Source: Planctomycetota bacterium | Lineage (GTDB): Bacteria > Planctomycetota > B15-G4 > JADJEK01 | Reading direction: 5' to 3' | Assembly (NCBI GenBank): GCA_044225365.1 | Contig: JBGAIQ010000026.1 | Coordinates: 1 to 64,000, forward strand | DNA length: 64,000 bases | Shown: positions 56,262 through 64,000 of the stretch, in pieces | Numbering within the stretch: the stretch's first letter is position 1 | How the letters are laid out: the number at the start of each line of letters is the position of its first letter | Notes under the pieces: model-generated | What the model was told of the DNA's origin: nothing | What the model saw: the letters and a program-made list of their open reading frames with translations, nothing else | Databases searched by the model: none | Made by a program: the position numbers and the translations under genes

Positions 56262-56774
56262 TCAGGTGGCGGGCGCAGCCGGTTCGGCCGGCGTCTGCGC
56301 CGCGGCTTCGGGAGCGTCGGGGGTTTCCTTCTCCTCGACGACCCATACCTTCACCTCGACGCGCACTTCGTCGTGCAGCACGAGGGGAACTTCGTAGCGA
56401 CCGATCTCCTTGATCGGTTCGGGCAGCCGGACCGCGCGCGGCTCGAGCGTCACGCCGGACGCGGCGAGCGCCTCGACGAGCGTCGTGACCGTGACGGAGC
56501 CGTAGAGCTTGCCCTCGGTCGACGCCTTCATCGGGATCGTCAGCGATAGACCAGCGAGCTTCTCGCCCGTCGCCTTCGCCTGAGCGGCGCGTTCCTTCTC
56601 GTCCGCCTCGTACTTCTCGCGCAGGCGCTGCAGCTTCTTCAGGTTGTCCGCAGTGGCGCGGACCGCGAGTTTCTGCGGCAGCAGATAGTTCATGGCGTAG
56701 CCCTCGCGCACCTTCACGAGCATGCCGGGGCGACCTAGGGCTTCGACGTATTGCAGGAGGATGACCTGTTGCAT
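56262..56774 (-). CDS. rplI: 50S ribosomal protein L9
   Basis: VILL...LG..G..VKVREGYAMNYLLP; KLYGSVT; PIKEIG. Confidence 0.97.
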   Translation of the reverse strand: MQQVILLQYVEALGRPGMLVKVREGYAMNYLLPQKLAVRATADNLKKLQRLREKYEADEKERAAQAKATGEKLAGLSLTIPMKASTEGKLYGSVTVTTLVEALAASGVTLEPRAVRLPEPIKEIGRYEVPLVLHDEVRVEVKVWVVEEKETPDAPEAAAQTPAEPAAPAT

Positions 56775-56808
56775 GGCACTTGTCCTTGGATGCGAGTTTG
56801 CAGAACGC

Positions 56809-57066
56809 TCAGCCGACGAACGGCAGGAGTGCCATGAAACGGGCGCGCTTGATCTCTTGCTTCAAACGGCGCTGCGCCCACGCCGTGTTGCCCGCGCGCT
56901 TGCGCGAGAACAGCTTGCCCTGCTGCGTGCACAGACGCTTCAGGAGCGGAACGTTCTTGTAGTCGTAGAGTTCTTCGGCCTTCGAGCGGCCGATGCGGAT
57001 CCGCGCCCGCTCGTTGAACTTCCGGAACTTCTTCTTCTTCTTCGCTGCCATTCGGTTCGGGGCCAT
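56809..57066 (-). CDS. rpsR: 30S ribosomal protein S18
   Basis: DYKNVPLL, GKLFSRKRAG, QRRLKQEIKRARFMALLPF; start at 57066 or 57051. Confidence 0.95.
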   Translation of the reverse strand: MAPNRMAAKKKKKFRKFNERARIRIGRSKAEELYDYKNVPLLKRLCTQQGKLFSRKRAGNTAWAQRRLKQEIKRARFMALLPFVG

Positions 57067-57104
57067 CGTCTTCGATCTCCGTTGCTATGCGATGGTGGTT
57101 CGGA

Positions 57105-57512
57105 TCAATCTTCGGCGTCGACGACGGACGGGATCGCACGCAGCGAATCGTCGTCACCGGTCGCGGACTTCTCGAGGCCGGCGAGACGCGACTGCATCTC
57201 ACCGTAATTCTCGATCGCGCGATCCGGGAAACTGCGCGCGAGGGTCAGGTGACGGAGCACGAGGCTCGAGAGCCGCACCTCGTGGCGCAGCTTCGAATCC
57301 GTGGTCGATTCACCCGTGTACCACACGAGGAAGTAGATGCCGCGAGTGACGCCCTTGATCGGGTACTCGAGCTCACGCTCGTCCCACTTCGTCATCTGCG
57401 AGATCGTGCCGCCACACTTCTCGATCAGGCTCTTCACATGATCGGCGAGGTAGTCGGTTTCCTTCCTCGCTTCCTTGTTGTGGCACAGGAACATGCCTTC
57501 GTACGTCTTCAC
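57105..57512 (-). CDS. rpsF: 30S ribosomal protein S6
   Basis: YEGMF, WDERELEYPI, GIY, VLRHL. Confidence 0.93.
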   Translation of the reverse strand: MKTYEGMFLCHNKEARKETDYLADHVKSLIEKCGGTISQMTKWDERELEYPIKGVTRGIYFLVWYTGESTTDSKLRHEVRLSSLVLRHLTLARSFPDRAIENYGEMQSRLAGLEKSATGDDDSLRAIPSVVDAED

Positions 57513-57528
57513 TGGAACAACTCCGGTT

Positions 57529-58107
57529 TCATTCCTTGGCTTTTGCGTTGTATCGATTCATCAATGGTTCGAACGGTGCGCCCGACAGCCAGTCCTCGAC
57601 GCAACTGGCAGCGCGCAGGAGCGCATCCGCGACTGCATCGCGCTCCGCGGGCTTGAAGCGCTGCAGCACGAAGACCTCCCACGGCATGCGCGGCGGCGCG
57701 GGACCGATCCCGACTCGCAGACGCGGAAACTCCGTGGAGTGCAGCGACGACTGGATGGAACGCAGTCCGTTGTGTCCACCGTCGCTGCCCGAGGGCTTGA
57801 GGCGCAGACGCGAGAGATCGAGGGCGAAGTCGTCGACCACGACGAGCACATCGCTCGCCGCGACCTCGAACTCGCGCATCAGTTTCGCGAGCGGTTCTCC
57901 GCTGCGATTCATGAACGTCATCGGCTTGACGAGGAGCGACGGCATCTTCCCATCGGTGCGGCGATCGACGACCATGGCCTGCGAGCCTCGCGGCCGGAAC
58001 TCCGCACGCCAGCGCGCAGCGAGTTCGTCGAGCACGGCAAAACCGATGTTGTGCCGCGTCGATTCGTACTCGTCGCCTGGATTGCCGAGACCCGCCACGA
58101 TTCGCAA
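57529..58107 (-). CDS. pth: Peptidyl-tRNA hydrolase
   Basis: GLGNPG..Y..TRHNIGF, KPMTFMNRSG, GGHNGLRSI, RLRVGIG. Confidence 0.97.
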   Translation of the reverse strand: MRIVAGLGNPGDEYESTRHNIGFAVLDELAARWRAEFRPRGSQAMVVDRRTDGKMPSLLVKPMTFMNRSGEPLAKLMREFEVAASDVLVVVDDFALDLSRLRLKPSGSDGGHNGLRSIQSSLHSTEFPRLRVGIGPAPPRMPWEVFVLQRFKPAERDAVADALLRAASCVEDWLSGAPFEPLMNRYNAKAKE

Positions 58108-58178
58108 GTGCTCTTGCCTCTTCGTCGGTTCCGTCGATGGGGAAATGGCGTTCGATTCGAGTCATGCCTGGACGAGCG

Positions 58179-58823
58179 TCACTTCGCGTCCGCAGCCGGC
58201 TCGCCCGCCTTGTCGTCCTTCTTCGCGATGACTTCGGGGCCCGCAGGAGCCTCGGCTGCAGGCGCCGCCTCGACGACCTTCTGGGTCACGACCGCGCAGA
58301 CGGCCTTCTCGGGATCCATCATCAGCTTGACGCCGTCCGGCAGCTTCACGTCCTTCAGCAGGAACTGCTCGTGGAGGCCGAGTGCGGTGACGTCGATCTC
58401 GATGAAGTCGGGGATGATGCGCGGCGGGCAGCGCACCTTGATCTCGTTGAGGAAGCGCTGGAGGATGCCGCCCTCGGACGCACCCTTCGGGTGGCCGCGC
58501 AGCTCGATCCCGATCTCGACGTCGACCGGCTCGTCGATGTCGACGCGCAGGAAGTCGGCGTGCAGGATGTGCTGGCCGTACACGTCGAACTGCGTGTCCT
58601 GGATCAGCGCGGTCTCCACCTTGCCGTCGATCTCGAGTTCGAGGAAGTGCGCGTGATGCTTCAACGCGTCCTGCAGCTTCTTCTCCTCCACCTGGATGGA
58701 GAGCGGAGCCTGCTTGTGACCGTAGAGCACGGAGGGAATCGTGCCCGCCGCGCGCAGATGCTTCACCGCGTTGCGGCCGACCGCCTCACGCTTCTTGGTC
58801 GCCAATCGAATCGGTTCGCTCAT
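58179..58823 (-). CDS. rplY: 50S ribosomal protein L25/Ctc
   Basis: LRAAGTIPSVLYG, HADFLR, Ctc-type C-terminal domain. Confidence 0.96.
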   Translation of the reverse strand: MSEPIRLATKKREAVGRNAVKHLRAAGTIPSVLYGHKQAPLSIQVEEKKLQDALKHHAHFLELEIDGKVETALIQDTQFDVYGQHILHADFLRVDIDEPVDVEIGIELRGHPKGASEGGILQRFLNEIKVRCPPRIIPDFIEIDVTALGLHEQFLLKDVKLPDGVKLMMDPEKAVCAVVTQKVVEAAPAAEAPAGPEVIAKKDDKAGEPAADAK

Positions 58824-58886
58824 GGTCCTTACCTGTCTAAAGTTGCCGTTCGTGTCGTTCGTGTTCGTTCTTGCCGCAGCGGCGGT

Positions 58887-59837
58887 TCACCCGCGCTGGA
58901 ACAGCGCGCTGACGGACGCGCTGCGGTGGATGCGATCGATCGCGTGCGCGAGCAGCGGCGCGATCGATCGCACCCGCAGCTTGCTGAATTGCTTCTCCGG
59001 TCCGATCGGGATGGTGTTCGTGATCACGACCTCCTCGACCGGTGCCGCGTCGAGTTTCTTCACGGCCTCGCCGCAGAGCACGCCGTGGGTCGCACCGAGG
59101 ATCACTCGCTCGGCGCCGAACTTCTTCACGGTCTTCGCCGCTTCGGAGATCGAACCGCCGGTGGAGATCATGTCGTCGACGATGATCACGTCGCAGCCCT
59201 CGACCTCGCCGATCAGGTTCTCGACGGTCGTCGAGTTCGCCGAGTGGCGGCGCTTGTCGACGATCGCGAGCCCCGCGCCGAGCGAGTTCGCAAAGGCGCG
59301 TGCGAGGCGGATCGATCCGACATCGGGCGCGACCACCTTGAGCTTGTTCCAGTGCTGCTCGGCGAAGTAGCTCGCGAGCACCGGGATCGCGTAGAGGTGA
59401 TCGACGGGGATGTCGAAGAAGCCCTGGATCTGCGCGGCGTGGAGGTCGATCGTCAGCACGCGATCGGCGCCGGCCGCGGAGATCATGTTCGCGACGAGCT
59501 TCGCCGAGATCGGGACTCGACCTTCGTCCTTGCGGTCCTTGCGCGCGTAGCCGAAGTACGGGATCACGGCCGTGATCCGGTCCGCGGATGCGCGCAGACA
59601 GCAGTCGATCATGAGCAGCAGTTCGATGATGCTCTCGTTGACCGGCGGGCACGTCGGCTGCACCAGGAACACGTCGGCGCCGCGGATGTCGTCGTGGATC
59701 TTGACGTCGATCTCGCCGTCGGGGAATCGCCCGACGTCCGCCGAGCCCAGCGACTGACCGAGTTCACGACAGATCTCGTCGGCGAGGCCCTTGTGGGTGG
59801 TTCCGCTGAAGATCTTGAGACGGTCGGCTCCGGTCAT
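58887..59837 (-). CDS. prs: Ribose-phosphate pyrophosphokinase
   Basis: FPDGEI, PYFGYARKDRK, DLHAAQIQGFF, VDDMISTGGS. Confidence 0.98.
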   Translation of the reverse strand: MTGADRLKIFSGTTHKGLADEICRELGQSLGSADVGRFPDGEIDVKIHDDIRGADVFLVQPTCPPVNESIIELLLMIDCCLRASADRITAVIPYFGYARKDRKDEGRVPISAKLVANMISAAGADRVLTIDLHAAQIQGFFDIPVDHLYAIPVLASYFAEQHWNKLKVVAPDVGSIRLARAFANSLGAGLAIVDKRRHSANSTTVENLIGEVEGCDVIIVDDMISTGGSISEAAKTVKKFGAERVILGATHGVLCGEAVKKLDAAPVEEVVITNTIPIGPEKQFSKLRVRSIAPLLAHAIDRIHRSASVSALFQRG

Positions 59838-61168
59838 TTCGCGTCTCCCGTCGGCCGTTCACGCTTGCGATTCTGCGAGGCCGCTTCGAGCTTGCGGGCC
59901 GGGACACCGACCCAGACCTCGGATTCGTCGATCACGCTCTTCGGTCGCACGACGGCGCCAGCGCCGGTCATCGCGTGCGCACGCATCTCCGCCGGCGCGC
60001 AGAGCACCGTGCCGCTGCCGACGAACGCACCGTCGCCGATGCGCGTCTCGTGCTTCTTCTTGCCGTCGTAGTTCGCCGTGATCGTGCCGCAGCCGATATT
60101 GGCGCCGCGCCCCACGACCGCATCGCCGAGGTAGCTGAGGTGCTTCGCCTTCGACTTCGCGCCGATCTGGCTCTTCTTCACCTCGACGAAGTTGCCGATC
60201 TCGACGCCGTCCTCGAGGCGGGTCTTCTCGCGAAGGTGCGCCATCGGTCCGATGACACAGTCCTTGCCGATCTCGACGTCGTGGCCGATGTACGACATCG
60301 GGAGGATGCGCGTCCCCGCGCCGATCGTCACGTCGACGTCGATGTAGGTCGTCGCGGGGTCGACGATGTCGACGCCGTTCGCCATGTGCATCGAGTGGAT
60401 CCGCCGCCGCATCTCGGTGCGCACGGACGCGAGTTCCTCGATGCTGTTGAAGGTCGTCGCTTCACGCGGGTCACCCACCGCGACCGCTTCGACCCGCTCT
60501 CCCGCGGCGCACAGCAGCGCGACGAGATCGGTGAGGTAGTACTCGCCCTTCTTGTTGGCGTTGGAGAGTCGCGGCAGGAACGCGCGCGCCGCTTCGAGTC
60601 GCAATGCGAGGATCCCGGTATTGATCTCGCAGATCGCCTTCGTCGCGGGGTCGGCGTCGATCTCCTCGACGATCCGGGCGACTCCGCCGCCGGCATTGCG
60701 CACGATCCGCCCGAGACCGAATGGATTCTCGAGATTCGCGGTGAGGAGCGTCTGCGCGGCGCCGGTCGAGCGATGCGTGGCGAGGAGTCGCTCGAGCGAT
60801 TCCGCGGTGAACAGCGGCCCGTCGCCGTAGAGGACGAGCACATCGCCGATGCTGTTGGCGAGAGCGTCGACGGCGACCCGCACCGCATGACCGGTTCCGA
60901 GCGGTGGATCCTGGATGACGGGCTTCGCACCGAAGCCCACGACCGCCTTGGCGAGGCGCTCCGAATCCGGACTCACCACGACGACGGAGTCACCCGATGA
61001 ATGCGTCGAAACAACTGTATCAAATCGACTTAGGGATGACTTCGCAGCCCGGAAGACATGTTCGAGCGAAGCACGGCCACACACGTCGAAGAGGACCTTC
61101 GGCGTGGACGACTTCATGCGGGTGCCCCGGCCAGCGGCCAGGACGATGACTGAACACGGACGTTCCAA
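59834..61168 (-). CDS. glmU: Bifunctional UDP-GlcNAc pyrophosphorylase/acetyltransferase
   Basis: LAAGRGTRMKS, GTGHAV, EYYLTD, GNFVEVK, HLSYLGD, NYDG. Confidence 0.96.
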   Translation of the reverse strand: MERPCSVIVLAAGRGTRMKSSTPKVLFDVCGRASLEHVFRAAKSSLSRFDTVVSTHSSGDSVVVVSPDSERLAKAVVGFGAKPVIQDPPLGTGHAVRVAVDALANSIGDVLVLYGDGPLFTAESLERLLATHRSTGAAQTLLTANLENPFGLGRIVRNAGGGVARIVEEIDADPATKAICEINTGILALRLEAARAFLPRLSNANKKGEYYLTDLVALLCAAGERVEAVAVGDPREATTFNSIEELASVRTEMRRRIHSMHMANGVDIVDPATTYIDVDVTIGAGTRILPMSYIGHDVEIGKDCVIGPMAHLREKTRLEDGVEIGNFVEVKKSQIGAKSKAKHLSYLGDAVVGRGANIGCGTITANYDGKKKHETRIGDGAFVGSGTVLCAPAEMRAHAMTGAGAVVRPKSVIDESEVWVGVPARKLEAASQNRKRERPTGDAK

Positions 61169-61859
61169 GCCTTTGGGCCTTAGGCCTTGTGAGGGCTCTA
61201 GTGGAAACGGCCCTCTCCCAGAATGGGGTTCGTCCGGTTTGGGCGAGGGCGGTCAGTACCCGGTTTTCGATCTCGCGCTGTCGCGAGTGCGGGTCGCACG
61301 CACGGCGTGCTTGCGACCCAGGGCAAACGAGCATGATGCCGAAGCACGGCCCCAGCGTCAAGACGAGAAACTCGGCCCGAATCGGCATCGGCGAAATCGT
61401 CGGGAGGTAACCGTCGCCGGCAATGCCCACGTGGTAACCGTTACCAGCGTTGAAAGAAACTGGGACCAACCACACTGCGCCGCAAAGAACTTTTACGCAA
61501 CGCGCACTCTCCAGCAGTGTGAACCCGAGTCGAGAAGATTGTCGCGAATTAGATCCGTTGCCACCCGCGACTCGTGCGTTACATATGCGCGTGCTCGATT
61601 CGCTGCATTCGAGCCAAGCCCAGGATCCGCTCGAAAACGACAACCTAGAACGGACAGCACGACCGGCGACTTCGTCGTCACCGGCCGTAGCGGTGTCTTG
61701 GGCCAGGTGTCGCACCAGGTCAGTGGTGCGTTGCCGTCAAGTACTTCGCGATACGCAGTTCACTGTATCGCAATGGACTTTGATTGACAGATAGACTTCT
61801 TCTCGCGGCGTTGTACCCGACTGCAAACTGTGTCTTTTCTGTCTTCCAGGAGTTATCGA

Positions 61860-63320
61860 ATGAAGTTTGGACGATTGGCTCTCGCCGCTGCGGCGAGCAT
61901 GGGCTTCGCGGCCGCGGCTCTCGCGGGTAACGGCTCGAACTACCAGCAGCTCCTCAATGGTGAGGACTTCTTCTACGGCGGTTTCTACAACCCGATCGCG
62001 CCCGTGGGCACGATGGGCGTCTGGCGCTGCATCCCGAGCGACGTGCTCCACGCGCCGACCATGACGGTCGACCCGAACGGCACGGTCGCCCCGGGTAACT
62101 ATGCCACCAAGATCTGCGCGGTGAACTTCACCGCGTGCGCGTCCACCGGCATCGTCGCCGTGTGGCCGACGATCGCGCTGTCTTCGAGCGACGGCGACTG
62201 CCGCATCACCGCGGGCACGGGCACCACGCTGAACTTCGGTTTCGCGTCGTCCGCCGCCTTCTTCGGTGTCGGTGGCTTCGGGTTCTTCGGTTTCGGCCCG
62301 GGCAACAGCTCGACCGGCACGGTGAACCTCCTCGCGCTGATCGGAAACGTTCAGTTCGGCGGCCCGTTCAGCATCACCGCCGCGGGCGCGACGGTGTACG
62401 GCCTCGGCCTCAACCTGCAGGCGGTCTTCGGCTCCCCGTCGACGATCGCGGTGCCGGAAGGCGAGAGCCTCACGTACTGGATCAGCGAGTCGCTGACCCA
62501 GGGCCCCGGCAACTACATGTACTGGACGGCATCCGAGGACGAGCGCAACATCTGCTCGTCGATGTCGGCGATCGCGTCCGCGATCGGCACGCCGAACGGC
62601 GGCGTGTTCCGCGTTCCGACGAATCGCGAATTCGGCATGTTCATCAGCACGCTCGACAGCGCGATGATGGCGGCGGTTGCTCCGACGGCGTTCGACGTCG
62701 GCGGTGCGAACACGACGATGGCGGTCCTCGGCACGAACGCGATGGACACGGGCACGGGCGCGCGGACGATCTCCCTCACGGGCGCCACGCCCGAGGGTGG
62801 TAACGGCCTCGGCTTCGAGACGCTGTCCTTCAACACGTACAACGAGAACAACGCGTTCGGTACGTCCGGCGTCCTCATGTTCGCGAACTTGATGGCGGTC
62901 AACGCCCTCGGTCAGCCGGCTTGCGGCCCGTGGAGCGCTGGTTACTTCGCACTGCCGACCGGCGGCGCGGGTGGCCCGACCCTCAGCTCGCTCATTCCGC
63001 AGAATCCGCGCATCGTCGGCAAGCTCGACATCGTGGCGCTGAACCTCATCAGCAACCCGGTGTGGACGCTCTCCACGATCCACAACACGACGGCCGGCGG
63101 CACCGAATACCCGATGTTCCCGGGCTTCACCGTCACGAACGGTGGTAACTCGGGCAACACGGGCGGCTTCGCCATCCCGGTTCCGAACCTCGGCGCGCTC
63201 GTCGGTGTCCAGCTGATGTTCTCGGGCGTTGGTCTCAACGGTTCGAACTCGGCCATTGCGAAGACCTCGAACAACGGTCACTCGCACACCAATGGCTACG
63301 CGACGATGTTCTTCCCGTGA
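61860..63320 (+). CDS. Secreted Gly/Ala/Thr/Asn-rich hypothetical protein (putative surface/S-layer-like)
   Basis: RBS AGGAG; signal peptide MKFGRLALAAAASMGFAAAALA; very few Lys/Arg; no recognisable catalytic motif; followed by a terminator. Confidence 0.8.
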   Translation: MKFGRLALAAAASMGFAAAALAGNGSNYQQLLNGEDFFYGGFYNPIAPVGTMGVWRCIPSDVLHAPTMTVDPNGTVAPGNYATKICAVNFTACASTGIVAVWPTIALSSSDGDCRITAGTGTTLNFGFASSAAFFGVGGFGFFGFGPGNSSTGTVNLLALIGNVQFGGPFSITAAGATVYGLGLNLQAVFGSPSTIAVPEGESLTYWISESLTQGPGNYMYWTASEDERNICSSMSAIASAIGTPNGGVFRVPTNREFGMFISTLDSAMMAAVAPTAFDVGGANTTMAVLGTNAMDTGTGARTISLTGATPEGGNGLGFETLSFNTYNENNAFGTSGVLMFANLMAVNALGQPACGPWSAGYFALPTGGAGGPTLSSLIPQNPRIVGKLDIVALNLISNPVWTLSTIHNTTAGGTEYPMFPGFTVTNGGNSGNTGGFAIPVPNLGALVGVQLMFSGVGLNGSNSAIAKTSNNGHSHTNGYATMFFP

Positions 63321-63358
63321 TGCGATCTCGCATCCCTGGATGATCTGACTCGATGAAA

Positions 63359-63398
63359 CGGCCCCTCGCGTCGAACGACGCGGGGGGCCGCTTCCTTT
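63359..63398 (+). terminator. Rho-independent terminator
   Basis: CGGCCCCTCGCGTCG-AA-CGACGCGGGGGGCCG followed by CTTCCTTT. Confidence 0.8.
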
Positions 63399-63918
63399 GC
63401 ACTCGCGTTCGATTCAGCGACTGCCAGCGTGTCGATCGCTCTTGGCGCCGGCAGCCCGGCCGCTGGCTCTTCAAAGCCTCCTCCACGCTGAAGAGAAACG
63501 CTCGAGAATCCGTACTTCCGCCTTCTTTGCGCGGACTTCGAGACCAAGAATGCAGCCCATCGCAAGAAGTTTTCGGCCTCCGTGTGGACTTTCAAGTTTC
63601 TGAAAGTTACTGCCGACGGAGTGGAAGAAATTTGACTCCTACCCGAGGTCGGGTATGTTTGGCAACGCCGACGGGGTTCCCTGTTGGCCGAGCCTAATCC
63701 CGATCGACTCAACAAACAGCCTGTCCCCGAAGCAAACGGCGGCCGTTCGCTGAGCCGAATCATCGGATAGCTCGAATTGGGATGAACCTGGTCAGAGGTT
63801 CATTCACCCGCGATGACCTTCGGGTTTTCGGTCACCACGGGACGGACGAGTCGACTTCTTCTCGCGAATGTGAACCCTGGACTGCAATCCCTGTGTCTGT
63901 CCTTCTAGGAGGTTTCGA

Positions 63919-64000
63919 ATGAAGTTTGGACGTCTTGCTCTCGCCGCTGCGGCGAGTGTTGGTTTCGCGGCCGCGGCCTTCGCGGGTAACGGCTCGAACT
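63919..64000 (+). CDS. 5' end of a paralog of 61860-63320 (truncated by the window edge)
   Basis: RBS AGGAGG; MKFGRLALAAAASVGFAAAAFAGNGSN differs from the upstream gene at only two of 27 residues. Confidence 0.88.
   Translation, partial: MKFGRLALAAAASVGFAAAAFAGNGSN

Overview
GC-rich bacterial chromosome segment from a Planctomycetota organism, probably outside Planctomycetales (the 16S has the Pla46F site, an AGGGTTTGATC 27F mismatch and a GCAGCCTCCCGTAGGAGT EUB338 variant). From left to right: a multidomain secreted prenyltransferase-barrel protein, an SGNH-TPR protein and RNase Z. Next is a low-oxygen island with hsp20 divergent from usp, a sigma54 activator and a hybrid kinase, then a convergent protoglobin kinase lacking its phospho-His at the end of a complete cbb3 oxidase operon (ccoNO-Q-P-G-H-dsbD2-I-S). 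Then come a degraded surface-protein gene, a B12 radical SAM, two tandem kelch-like secreted paralogs and a linked rRNA operon (16S-Ile-Ala-23S-5S). These are followed by TetR with a 4-hydroxybenzoyl-CoA reductase-like hcrCAB operon, opgGH, tRNA-Glu, tRNA-Lys, rpsB-tsf-pyrH-frr, a diguanylate cyclase, and the core block glmU-prs-rplY-pth-rpsF-rpsR-rplI-dnaB-bamA(frameshifted)-skp-lpxD-lpxC/fabZ-gnnA-like. The window ends in a tandem pair of novel Gly/Thr/Asn-rich secreted proteins. Best leads: (1) an Nmp-like oxygen-sensing sigma54 system with a His-to-Ser globin pseudokinase, plus candidate -24/-12 promoters and a shared enhancer motif; (2) a family of exported proteins sharing a possible C-terminal sorting domain, including a tandem S-layer-like pair; (3) an Hcr-like molybdoenzyme with Gln at the catalytic Glu position and a perfect TetR operator. 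All calls come from reading motifs by eye; no database searches were run.
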